From Paraspadella gotoi (Eukaryota; Animalia; Chaetognatha): 48,008 bases of DNA. This document shows, in pieces, positions 1 to 12,900 of this stretch. How positions within the stretch are numbered: position 1 is the first letter of the stretch; the number at the start of each line of letters is the position of its first letter. Both the position numbers and the translations under genes were made by a program. The DNA lies in contig CM119270.1 of the NCBI GenBank assembly GCA_051294375.1, positions 14,435,188 to 14,483,195 of the forward strand, in the 5' to 3' direction. The notes under the pieces were generated by a model. That model did no database searches, had not been told where the DNA came from, and was given only the letters and a program-made list of their open reading frames with translations.

Positions 1-290
1 TTTTTTTTGGTGGATGATGACTGTGGATTTTTAGGCGGCAATTTCGACTCGAAAAATAAACAAATGAAAAAAAAAATTCAGTTTTGAAAAAGATAAATCA
101 ACTTTTTTTTCCTTTTTATTTACTGATCGAATGATCTATTATTCTTTTTTTTGAATTTTGCCTTCGAATCAATTTTAACTTTTTTTTTCCTTCTTTTTTT
201 TTCTGTTTTGTTTTGAAGGCAAAACATTTTCACGGACTCGCGGATGAGTTCGCTGACCGTTTTCAATATAATTGACCAACAATATTTGAT

Positions 291-362
<72 letters not shown>

Positions 363-704
363 TTAACTAACTGTTTTACCTTTATTACGCTTTAATCAAT
401 TTTTTTTTCCGTTTGTACTTCAAAATTTAAAAAAGAGTAAAAAAATAATGTGGAAAATAAGTAATATATGACTATGAATGCCTATTACCGGTTAAACATT
501 AACGTTTGCGAAGTATTAATCCAGTCTGTTTGATGAGACGACAACAGCGACGATTCATTCTTTCTTTTTTTCTTTTTCTTATTTTAACTTTTGTTTTTAT
601 TCTTATTTTTATCTCGCATTCAANNNNNNNNNNNNNNNNNNNNNNNNNTCAAAATGAGATAAATATTCATTTCTTTGCTCTCAATTACGGACGAGAGAGA
701 GAGT

Positions 705-756
<52 letters not shown>

Positions 757-1430
757 GTAGAGAGAGGAGAGAGAGAGAGAGTAGAGAGTAGAGATTATTA
801 GTGGCCTGATAGCTTCTCGATTGCAATTCAAAAATGCGTTGAAAAAACAAAGATTCGGAGCTAAATACTAGTAAATAGATTAATATGCCATCTTGTTCAG
901 CGATGCAATCAAAATGTCCGAGAGAGAGAGAGATTGCCTGAGCTTCGATTGCAATTCAAAATGCGTTTGAAAACAAGATTCGAGGCTAAATATAGTAAAT
1001 AGTTAATTGCCTCTTGTTCACTCAATCAAAAATCCGCCGCCGCCATCACGCCTCGACGATTCTCGTCGTCGTCGTCGTCGTCGTTGTTGTCGTTGTCGTC
1101 GTCTTCGTCACGTTCGTTGTCGACCAGTGACAATTTTCTTTTTTACTTCCTTTAATACATTGTTAAATATATTTAAATAGTAGCGGGTGTAAGCAATTGA
1201 ACAATTATATCGTAACTAACAATTTAATATTCAACTATTGACTCAGTGTAACAATATTACCGCAATGAACAATCTGAACAACAACAACGACTGAACCGGA
1301 GAAAGGAGCGCGAGTGATAAAAAGATTCGCGGAGATGAAAAGGAGCTAAACATAGAATTTCACACCCTCGACGCCGTGACAAGTCGAGGGGAAAAATGGC
1401 GCGCGTGGCAAGAGAGAGAGAGAGAGAGAG
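1..1430 (+). repeat. Third, partial copy of the duplicated block (equivalent to ~4839-6240 and ~11444-12845)
   Basis: Colinear match from ttttttttggtggatga.. through the AACT array to ..gcgcgtg. It differs from the other two copies mainly by 1-2 bp indels and ends at a 25-N gap (1431-1455). Confidence 0.92.
293..372. repeat. (AACT)n microsatellite, ~20 units
   Basis: Near-perfect array. Indel-corrupted versions lie at ~5164-5262 and ~11769-11867. Confidence 0.97.
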
Positions 1431-2167
1431 NNNNNNNNNNNNNNNNNNNNNNNNNGAGAGGAGGAGAGAGGAGAGAGAAGAGAGAGACGAGAGAGAAGAG
1501 AGAGGAGAAAGGAGAGAAGGAGATCGAGACTGATGAGAGAGAGACGAGAGAGAGAGAGAATAACTGGCTGGGTTTTGTTCTAAAAAATGGCGTCAGAATG
1601 ACCAAACATTTATTCTCGAATTCTCCGACTGGCTCGGATTCGAATCGCGTGTGCATTTAACGGCGCACGCACGGCGACCGGAAACGCCGTCGACGCACGC
1701 GGTTTTTGAGGGGGGGGAGGACGGGGGAGAGGTGGGGAGGATGAGGATGAGGGAGAGAGAGAGGGGAGAAGAGGAGGGGAGAGAAGGGAGGAAGATAAGG
1801 GAGTAATGAAAAGGGGAGAGAGAACAGTGGAGGAACAATGAGGAGGAGAGCAGAAGGAAGAGACTAACTAAAACTACAACTAAACTCAGAAAGTACAGAA
1901 CGATGATGAAGAGAAAGTGAAGAAGGAGAACGACGGAAGATTGTATTGACAAATTCTTGAGCTTTCTCTTGCTGCGGGAACGATTTTGAATTTGATGGAA
2001 ACGTTCGTCGGAACTCGATTCCCCGCCGGGAGAAATAGAAATAATAATAGATTCGGCTGTCATAGACTGAATGGAGGAAAATTGTTAAGTTTCGCTTTAT
2101 GCCATCGGTTTTGTTGTGTTTGTAAATTAATTATACCTGTGTTTACTCATTTTCTTTTGTCTATGTA

Positions 2168-2207
<40 letters not shown>

Positions 2208-2215
2208 CTCCTCTC

Positions 2216-2247
<32 letters not shown>

Positions 2248-2321
2248 ATCGCGCACGCTTCGCACGTGTATTAGTGAAATTTACGAAACGATTTTCCCCT
2301 CAATTCCGTGGATTCGACGTA

Positions 2322-2372
<51 letters not shown>

Positions 2373-2392
2373 CCTCTCTCTCTCTCTCTCTT

Positions 2393-2424
<32 letters not shown>

Positions 2425-3097
2425 CAAATAAAAAGTAAGAATAGCTTTTCTCCCGATCCCAATGGCATCGGCGCAGTGAAGAAAAGGAAAAAAAAAAGAT
2501 TGAAATCCTTTATTTTCATTCAGTATTTTCTTTCTTTTTTTATTTCGTCTAGCGAAAACGTTTTTTTTTTTTAACCGTCGCGCAACGAGACATTTGGCGT
2601 TGGGCCGTTCCAGCTAGCTTCTGCGGCCGGCGGCAGCGGCGCCGCGGACGCCGTGCCGCCCAAAGGGCGAGTGCGAACGATACAGACGGACGACACGCGA
2701 CTAGACGTATACGACGACGACGTCTGGAACTCCATTAAACAATAAGCGGGAAACACAAAGAAACTTCAAGGGGAAAATTTGCACGAGACCAACGAAGACG
2801 ACGACGAGATAGACGACGGACGATGACGACGACGGCGATGACCGGCGAACGACCGACCGCCGATTAAGACGTTAAACGACCCTGACTAAGAAGGAAAGCG
2901 GAGAACCTGGTCGTTAACTCCAGCGAAACGAGCCGCATGTTTCCTCTGGAATGGAAGTAGCGGAGAGAGAGAGAGAGACCGAGAGAGAGAGCAGACGAAG
3001 GAGAGAGAGGAGAGAGAGAGAGAGAGGAGGAGAGAAGAGACGAAGACGAGACGAGAGAGAGGAGAGAGGAGCAGAGTTAGTAATATCAAATAGTGCT

Positions 3098-3115
3098 ACT
3101 CACCTGAAATGAAAA
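3098..3115 (-). other. Candidate recursive splice site (3'ss fused to 5'ss): ttttcatttcAG|GTgagt; duplicate at 9703-9720
   Basis: Plus strand reads actcacctgaaatgaaaa. The reverse complement is a pyrimidine-rich acceptor followed directly by a consensus donor. Confidence 0.35.
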
Positions 3116-3256
3116 TTATACTTTTATCGATTTTATTTTTATTTAACATTTTGAACCGAGTTTTTTTTATTGTATTACATTAAAAACACAGTAAAAACTT
3201 GTAGCCGCGATAGCGAAATTTCTCGCTCGTAAAACCGGGAGAGAATGACGAGAGAT

Positions 3257-3308
<52 letters not shown>

Positions 3309-6300
3309 GAGGAGACGTAGATGAGGAGAGAGAGAAGAGAGCAGAGAGAGAGAGAGTTAGAAGAGAGAGAAGACGAGAGAGAGAGAGACGAGAGAGACAG
3401 AGGAAGAGAGAGCAGAGAGAGAGAGGAAGAAATAATTCACGCGCTTTGAAACAATAACAACAACGACGAAACAACAACAAACGTCATACGGGAGGTTCTG
3501 TCGACGGATGATGATAGATTGACGACGATTGATGATGATAACGATGCATGATGACGCATGAGTTGAAGACTCGCCGTGAAAAAGTGTATATTGAGTTCTC
3601 ATTGGAGTCGCAAGGATTGTCAGAAGGCGCGATAATGAAGTGGCGCGGTTTGGGGGAGTGGTGAAATCACAGGGGGGAGTCAGCGTTTTTTTTTTTTATA
3701 GAAAAAGGGGAAAAAGACAATATACTGTGAAAACGAGAGGTCAAAGGCCGCAAGAAAATTAAATGACCACTGGATCAATCAAGATGGAGAGACGAAGTTT
3801 CACGGCAGCCAGAGTAATGCTCACATTCTCAAAACACCCATTGAATTGATTAATGTCCACGACTGTAACTTGTGTTTGTAAAATAATATTACAAATGAAT
3901 GTTGAATTTATTTTCAAACGATACGTTGAAGTCAATAATCAGCACGTAACAAGAAACCCCGAGTTTTGAGTACATTCGAATTACAGCCGTGTACGATTTT
4001 ACAAACAACAGCAAACATTTAAAAATAATCAATAAAATTTGGCAAAGGAGACGAAAGAATTACGATCGATAATCGTTTTCGACTCGCAATCGCTTCGTTT
4101 CAATTTTTTTTCTCTTTTCTCAATTTACGACGCGTCTTTTCTCGTTTATCTCGCGAATCGAAAAGAATCCGTCTTTTACGAGAATCGTACGAATATCTCG
4201 TCCTCGAAGTTTGGGAGAGATACACGGGTTTTACGGACGAGGCGAGGGTTTAAGGGTGAGCAGTGAGGGTCGAGGATGAAAAGGTGTTTATGGGACGAGC
4301 GTTAGGGTTTTAACGTGAAGTGAGTGATGAAGCGAAAAAATGAGGATTCTACGGGAACGATGTTGATGGATTTAGGCGTTAGATCTAATGTTGTGCGGTT
4401 GCTACGAAGTTGAAAGAGGGGATGGGAAAAGAGAGATGCGGATTAGCGGACAGACCGGGGACGCGCGTCAAGAGTAGGTGCTGGGGAAAAAGTAAGGAAA
4501 TTTTTGAAAAGCACCCGATTTTAAAAGGTTTAAAGCTCGGGGATGTTGAGGTTAGTCTGTAGCGTGGCAAGTCGGCACACGATTAACAAAAAGTGGATCA
4601 AGTTAAAAAGAGCCCGGTGTTCTTTCATTGACAAAAAAATGAAGTCCGAATTGGAAACATTTTTTATTCTCGTGCTTAAAAAAACGTTAATATAAAAAAA
4701 ATTAATTAAAAATTTTAAATTTAGATAAAACGTTTTTATGGGAATATGAAATTTTGGGGCGAAGCGTGTGCTTGGTTGTTTTAGGTGTGAATGGGATGTA
4801 GAGGAATTACATTTTGCTGAGAGATGGAGTGGGAGATATTTTTTTTGGTGGATGAACTGTGGATTTTTAGGCGGCCAATTTCGAACTCGAAAAATAAACA
4901 AATTGAAAAAAAAAAATTACAGTTTTGAGAAAAGATAAACATCAACTGTTTGGTTTCCCTTTGTCTTATTTCATCTGATTCGCATCATTGACTATCTTTT
5001 ATTCTTTTTTTGACATTTGCTTTGTGATCGAACTCCAATTTTACTTTTTTATTCCTTTCTTTTTTTTTCTGTTATTGTTTTGAATCAAACAGTTTCTCCG
5101 GGACTCGCGGATGAGTTCGCTGACCGTTCTTTAAATATAATTGGACCAACAATATTTGATGAAACAACTAACTAAACTAACAACTAACTAACTAACTAAC
5201 TAACTAGACTAACTAACTAACTAACTACTAACTAACTAACTAACAACTAACTAATTAACTAACGTTACTCTTTATTACGCTTAATCAATTTTTTTTTTTC
5301 CGTTGTACTTCAAAAATTAAAAAGCAGTAAAAAAATAATGTGGAAAATAACTAATATACTGACTATGAATGCCTGATTACCGCCGTTAAACATTAACCGT
5401 TTGCGAAGTATTTAATCCAGTCTGGTTTGACTTGAGACGACAACAGCGACGATTCATTCTTTCTTTTTTTCTTTTTCTATATTTAACTTTTGCTTTTTAT
5501 TCTCATTTTACTCGCATCAAAATGGAGATTTCGTTCTCCTCAATTACGACGAGAGAGAAGAAGGGAGAGAAGAGAGAGAAAGAGAGGCACGGAGAGATGC
5601 GAGGGGGTGGACATCGGTGACGTCACGAGCAAGTCTGAGAGAGAGGAGAGAGACAGAGAGACCGAAGAGAGAAGAGAGAGAGAGAGGAGAGAGAGAGGAG
5701 AGAGAGACGAGAGAAGAGACGAGCACGAGAGAGAGAGCGAAGATTGCCTGAGCTTCGAATTGCAATTTCAAAATGACGTTTGAAAACAAGATTCGAGGTG
5801 CAATAAATATAGTAAATAGTTAATTGCCTAACTTTCACTCAATCAAAAATCCGCCGCCGCCATCCACGCCTCGACGATTCTCGTCGTCGTCAGTTCGTCG
5901 TTGTTGCGTTTCGTCGTCTTTCGTCACGTCGTTGTCGACCAGTGACAATTTTTCTTCTTGACTTCCCTTAATACATTGTTAAATATATTTAAATTAGTAC
6001 GGGAGTAAGCAATTGAACAATTATATCGATTACTAACAATTTAATATTCAACTATTGACTCAGTGAACAATATTACCGCAATGAACAATTGAACAACAAC
6101 AACGATGATACCGGAGAGGAAAGAAAGGAGCGCGAGTAAAAAAGATCGCGGAATAGAAAAGGAGCTAAACATAGAATTCACCACCCTCGACGCCGTGACA
6201 AGTACGAGGGGGAAAAATGGCAGCGCGTGCAGAGAGAGACGAGAAGAGAAGACGAATGAGAAGGAGAAGAGAGAGAGAGAGTAACGATGAGAGAGAGAGC

Positions 6301-6468
6301 AGAGAAGAGAGAGAGAGACGAGAGAGAGAGGCGGGAGAGAGAGAGAGTTCAATACGCCTCACTGGTCATCGTCCTGTAATAAATTTCAACCTTCTCCGTG
6401 CATTGTTATTAATCGAAATGTGTTATTTCGTTTAACAATAAAAAAGGCAAAAAAGCGGCCTTGATGAG

Positions 6469-6477
6469 ACTTACCTG
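6469..6477 (-). other. Perfect consensus 5' splice site CAG|GTAAGT; duplicate at 13074-13082
   Basis: Plus strand acttacctg. On the minus strand it is preceded by ~120 nt of pyrimidine-rich sequence and followed by AT-rich sequence. Confidence 0.35.
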
Positions 6478-7061
6478 GATGACGTTGTGGCAGGCGGGTG
6501 AAAGGGTGACCGAAAGGAAGCGGCGGTGGGAGGGGGTAAGGTTAAGGTAGGGGGAGAGAGTTGAAGGAGCCGCGTAGAAAGAGAAATGGTATGCGGAAGG
6601 AACAAATCGTGGGGGAAGAAATAAAAATTTTGATTAAAGTTAAATTTGTATAAAAGTGTCATTGTCTCATCTATTTTTAAATCGATTAGGACACTCATTT
6701 TTAATTACGGAAAAAAAATCATTAGCAGAAAGCGAATTGAAAATAAGACCTTTTTTCCAAAAATTAAAAAAAGAGTCGTTTTTAGATTAAAAAAAAAAAA
6801 GTTAAAAGTGAAAAAAAAATTATGAAAAAATGAGATCAAATGATTGATCCTTTCAAAATCTTTTTTCCTGAGATAAATCGTTTAGATGGCACGCAAGAGA
6901 AAGGCAAAGGAGAGAGAGCAGAGAGAGAGAGAGCAGGAGATGAGAGAGAGAGAGAAAGAAGAGAGAGAGAGAGAGAGAGATAGAGAAAGAATGCCTATTT
7001 AGAGAGCGGAATAGCTATTGATGAAATGAGCGGTAGAAACTGGCGGTCCCGAGTTTACTCT

Positions 7062-7119
<58 letters not shown>

Positions 7120-7172
7120 TATCTCTCTCCTCTCTCTCTCTCCGAAACCGACGTTGTCGAAAAACTCTAATT

Positions 7173-7273
7173 ATGGCGAACTTGCGAGCAGGCGGAGACT
7201 CGAGGGCAGAAACCCCACGACGACGACGACCTGACGACGACGACGACCTAACCACAAGGGTGAGGAAAAAAAG
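7173..7273 (+). CDS. Possible short first coding exon MANLRAGGDSRAETPRRRRPDDDDDLTTR(VRKK); duplicate at +6605
   Basis: ATG at 7173 opens a GC-rich frame that runs into donors at 7260 (AGG|GTGAGG) and 7274 (AAG|GTGAGT). No homology recognised, and part of the frame is a (CGA)n repeat. Confidence 0.15.
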
Positions 7274-7414
7274 GTGAGTGAAACGATAATTACCCCGTTT
7301 ATAGGTGAGACCCGTAAGCGTTGAGCTAAAAACGGCTTTTTTGAAATTTTAAATTATTGAAATCGAAGAAAAGTAATTTCTCCTCCTCATACCTCTCTTT
7401 CTCTGCTCTTCTCC

Positions 7415-7460
<46 letters not shown>

Positions 7461-7576
7461 TCCTCATTCTTTCTCTCTCTCTCTCATTCTTTCTCTCTCC
7501 TCTCTCATTCTTTCTCTCAGCTTCGATTGAACTGAAATATCGCAATTTCGTCGCGTTCTGATCGTCATCTTCCTTA

Positions 7577-7608
<32 letters not shown>

Positions 7609-8060
7609 CTCCTCCTTTTTGCTTTGATGCATCTTTTTTATTAACCAAAGACAAAAAGAATTCCTTTAAATAATTTTTGGCCATTATTGAGNNNNNNNNN
7701 NNNNNNNNNNNNNNNNNNNNNNNNNNNNNNNNNNNNNNNNNNNNNNNNNNNNNNNNNNNNNNNNNNNNNNNNNGGCGACGAGGGAAGGCGAGAGGGTGGG
7801 AGTGGGTAGGGGGGGCGTTGATAGAGTTTGGAACAGTGACCGTTTACGACGTCATTGTTTATTTTTTTCTGGTTTATTTGTTTAAGTATGATTTTATATA
7901 TTGTTCTGTCCTCAATACTGCGTCGTGATCGGATGAGGAAGAAAAATATAATAATTCGGTTTAAAAAAAATGTTTTAGAAAAATCGAAAAAACTTTAAAA
8001 TCAACTCATACTCGTCTATCCTTTCTCACCCTTTCNNNNNNNNNNNNNNNNNNNNNNNNN

Positions 8061-8772
8061 GAGAGGAGGAGAGAGGAGAGAGAAGAGAGAGACGAGAGAG
8101 AAGAGAGAGGAGAAAGGAGAGAAGGAGATCGAGACTGATGAGAGAGAGACGAGAGAGAGAGAGAATAACTGGCTGGGTTTTGTTCTAAAAAATGGCGTCA
8201 GAATGACCAAACATTTATTCTCGAATTCTCCGACTGGCTCGGATTCGAATCGCGTGTGCATTTAACGGCGCACGCACGGCGACCGGAAACGCCGTCGACG
8301 CACGCGGTTTTTGAGGGGGGGGAGGACGGGGGAGAGGTGGGGAGGATGAGGATGAGGGAGAGAGAGAGGGGAGAAGAGGAGGGGAGAGAAGGGAGGAAGA
8401 TAAGGGAGTAATGAAAAGGGGAGAGAGAACAGTGGAGGAACAATGAGGAGGAGAGCAGAAGGAAGAGACTAACTAAAACTACAACTAAACTCAGAAAGTA
8501 CAGAACGATGATGAAGAGAAAGTGAAGAAGGAGAACGACGGAAGATTGTATTGACAAATTCTTGAGCTTTCTCTTGCTGCGGGAACGATTTTGAATTTGA
8601 TGGAAACGTTCGTCGGAACTCGATTCCCCGCCGGGAGAAATAGAAATAATAATAGATTCGGCTGTCATAGACTGAATGGAGGAAAATTGTTAAGTTTCGC
8701 TTTATGCCATCGGTTTTGTTGTGTTTGTAAATTAATTATACCTGTGTTTACTCATTTTCTTTTGTCTATGTA

Positions 8773-8812
<40 letters not shown>

Positions 8813-8820
8813 CTCCTCTC

Positions 8821-8852
<32 letters not shown>

Positions 8853-8926
8853 ATCGCGCACGCTTCGCACGTGTATTAGTGAAATTTACGAAACGATTTT
8901 CCCCTCAATTCCGTGGATTCGACGTA

Positions 8927-8977
<51 letters not shown>

Positions 8978-8997
8978 CCTCTCTCTCTCTCTCTCTT

Positions 8998-9029
<32 letters not shown>

Positions 9030-9861
9030 CAAATAAAAAGTAAGAATAGCTTTTCTCCCGATCCCAATGGCATCGGCGCAGTGAAGAAAAGGAAAAAAAA
9101 AAGATTGAAATCCTTTATTTTCATTCAGTATTTTCTTTCTTTTTTTATTTCGTCTAGCGAAAACGTTTTTTTTTTTTAACCGTCGCGCAACGAGACATTT
9201 GGCGTTGGGCCGTTCCAGCTAGCTTCTGCGGCCGGCGGCAGCGGCGCCGCGGACGCCGTGCCGCCCAAAGGGCGAGTGCGAACGATACAGACGGACGACA
9301 CGCGACTAGACGTATACGACGACGACGTCTGGAACTCCATTAAACAATAAGCGGGAAACACAAAGAAACTTCAAGGGGAAAATTTGCACGAGACCAACGA
9401 AGACGACGACGAGATAGACGACGGACGATGACGACGACGGCGATGACCGGCGAACGACCGACCGCCGATTAAGACGTTAAACGACCCTGACTAAGAAGGA
9501 AAGCGGAGAACCTGGTCGTTAACTCCAGCGAAACGAGCCGCATGTTTCCTCTGGAATGGAAGTAGCGGAGAGAGAGAGAGAGACCGAGAGAGAGAGCAGA
9601 CGAAGGAGAGAGAGGAGAGAGAGAGAGAGAGGAGGAGAGAAGAGACGAAGACGAGACGAGAGAGAGGAGAGAGGAGCAGAGTTAGTAATATCAAATAGTG
9701 CTACTCACCTGAAATGAAAATTATACTTTTATCGATTTTATTTTTATTTAACATTTTGAACCGAGTTTTTTTTATTGTATTACATTAAAAACACAGTAAA
9801 AACTTGTAGCCGCGATAGCGAAATTTCTCGCTCGTAAAACCGGGAGAGAATGACGAGAGAT

Positions 9862-9913
<52 letters not shown>

Positions 9914-12900
9914 GAGGAGACGTAGATGAGGAGAGAGAGAAGAGAGCAGAGAGAGAGAGAGTTAGAAGAGAGAGAAGACGAGAGAGAGAGAGACGAGAGA
10001 GACAGAGGAAGAGAGAGCAGAGAGAGAGAGGAAGAAATAATTCACGCGCTTTGAAACAATAACAACAACGACGAAACAACAACAAACGTCATACGGGAGG
10101 TTCTGTCGACGGATGATGATAGATTGACGACGATTGATGATGATAACGATGCATGATGACGCATGAGTTGAAGACTCGCCGTGAAAAAGTGTATATTGAG
10201 TTCTCATTGGAGTCGCAAGGATTGTCAGAAGGCGCGATAATGAAGTGGCGCGGTTTGGGGGAGTGGTGAAATCACAGGGGGGAGTCAGCGTTTTTTTTTT
10301 TTATAGAAAAAGGGGAAAAAGACAATATACTGTGAAAACGAGAGGTCAAAGGCCGCAAGAAAATTAAATGACCACTGGATCAATCAAGATGGAGAGACGA
10401 AGTTTCACGGCAGCCAGAGTAATGCTCACATTCTCAAAACACCCATTGAATTGATTAATGTCCACGACTGTAACTTGTGTTTGTAAAATAATATTACAAA
10501 TGAATGTTGAATTTATTTTCAAACGATACGTTGAAGTCAATAATCAGCACGTAACAAGAAACCCCGAGTTTTGAGTACATTCGAATTACAGCCGTGTACG
10601 ATTTTACAAACAACAGCAAACATTTAAAAATAATCAATAAAATTTGGCAAAGGAGACGAAAGAATTACGATCGATAATCGTTTTCGACTCGCAATCGCTT
10701 CGTTTCAATTTTTTTTCTCTTTTCTCAATTTACGACGCGTCTTTTCTCGTTTATCTCGCGAATCGAAAAGAATCCGTCTTTTACGAGAATCGTACGAATA
10801 TCTCGTCCTCGAAGTTTGGGAGAGATACACGGGTTTTACGGACGAGGCGAGGGTTTAAGGGTGAGCAGTGAGGGTCGAGGATGAAAAGGTGTTTATGGGA
10901 CGAGCGTTAGGGTTTTAACGTGAAGTGAGTGATGAAGCGAAAAAATGAGGATTCTACGGGAACGATGTTGATGGATTTAGGCGTTAGATCTAATGTTGTG
11001 CGGTTGCTACGAAGTTGAAAGAGGGGATGGGAAAAGAGAGATGCGGATTAGCGGACAGACCGGGGACGCGCGTCAAGAGTAGGTGCTGGGGAAAAAGTAA
11101 GGAAATTTTTGAAAAGCACCCGATTTTAAAAGGTTTAAAGCTCGGGGATGTTGAGGTTAGTCTGTAGCGTGGCAAGTCGGCACACGATTAACAAAAAGTG
11201 GATCAAGTTAAAAAGAGCCCGGTGTTCTTTCATTGACAAAAAAATGAAGTCCGAATTGGAAACATTTTTTATTCTCGTGCTTAAAAAAACGTTAATATAA
11301 AAAAAATTAATTAAAAATTTTAAATTTAGATAAAACGTTTTTATGGGAATATGAAATTTTGGGGCGAAGCGTGTGCTTGGTTGTTTTAGGTGTGAATGGG
11401 ATGTAGAGGAATTACATTTTGCTGAGAGATGGAGTGGGAGATATTTTTTTTGGTGGATGAACTGTGGATTTTTAGGCGGCCAATTTCGAACTCGAAAAAT
11501 AAACAAATTGAAAAAAAAAAATTACAGTTTTGAGAAAAGATAAACATCAACTGTTTGGTTTCCCTTTGTCTTATTTCATCTGATTCGCATCATTGACTAT
11601 CTTTTATTCTTTTTTTGACATTTGCTTTGTGATCGAACTCCAATTTTACTTTTTTATTCCTTTCTTTTTTTTTCTGTTATTGTTTTGAATCAAACAGTTT
11701 CTCCGGGACTCGCGGATGAGTTCGCTGACCGTTCTTTAAATATAATTGGACCAACAATATTTGATGAAACAACTAACTAAACTAACAACTAACTAACTAA
11801 CTAACTAACTAGACTAACTAACTAACTAACTACTAACTAACTAACTAACAACTAACTAATTAACTAACGTTACTCTTTATTACGCTTAATCAATTTTTTT
11901 TTTTCCGTTGTACTTCAAAAATTAAAAAGCAGTAAAAAAATAATGTGGAAAATAACTAATATACTGACTATGAATGCCTGATTACCGCCGTTAAACATTA
12001 ACCGTTTGCGAAGTATTTAATCCAGTCTGGTTTGACTTGAGACGACAACAGCGACGATTCATTCTTTCTTTTTTTCTTTTTCTATATTTAACTTTTGCTT
12101 TTTATTCTCATTTTACTCGCATCAAAATGGAGATTTCGTTCTCCTCAATTACGACGAGAGAGAAGAAGGGAGAGAAGAGAGAGAAAGAGAGGCACGGAGA
12201 GATGCGAGGGGGTGGACATCGGTGACGTCACGAGCAAGTCTGAGAGAGAGGAGAGAGACAGAGAGACCGAAGAGAGAAGAGAGAGAGAGAGGAGAGAGAG
12301 AGGAGAGAGAGACGAGAGAAGAGACGAGCACGAGAGAGAGAGCGAAGATTGCCTGAGCTTCGAATTGCAATTTCAAAATGACGTTTGAAAACAAGATTCG
12401 AGGTGCAATAAATATAGTAAATAGTTAATTGCCTAACTTTCACTCAATCAAAAATCCGCCGCCGCCATCCACGCCTCGACGATTCTCGTCGTCGTCAGTT
12501 CGTCGTTGTTGCGTTTCGTCGTCTTTCGTCACGTCGTTGTCGACCAGTGACAATTTTTCTTCTTGACTTCCCTTAATACATTGTTAAATATATTTAAATT
12601 AGTACGGGAGTAAGCAATTGAACAATTATATCGATTACTAACAATTTAATATTCAACTATTGACTCAGTGAACAATATTACCGCAATGAACAATTGAACA
12701 ACAACAACGATGATACCGGAGAGGAAAGAAAGGAGCGCGAGTAAAAAAGATCGCGGAATAGAAAAGGAGCTAAACATAGAATTCACCACCCTCGACGCCG
12801 TGACAAGTACGAGGGGGAAAAATGGCAGCGCGTGCAGAGAGAGACGAGAAGAGAAGACGAATGAGAAGGAGAAGAGAGAGAGAGAGTAACGATGAGAGAG

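Larger units (their letters stand above)
1456..7594 (+). repeat. Copy A of a ~6.1-kb apparently identical direct duplication (offset 6605 bp)
   Basis: ORFs lying wholly in this block recur with identical translation at +6605 (e.g. 1593/8198, 4039/10644, 7026/13631). Spot checks are identical, including corrupted microsatellites. The first difference I saw is at 7595/14200. I did not compare every base. Confidence 0.96.

Noticed and set aside
293-372. (AACT)n, i.e. (TTAG)n on the other strand, as a telomeric repeat
   Set aside because: It is a 4-bp unit rather than TTAGG/TTAGGC/TTAGGG, and it is short and interstitial.
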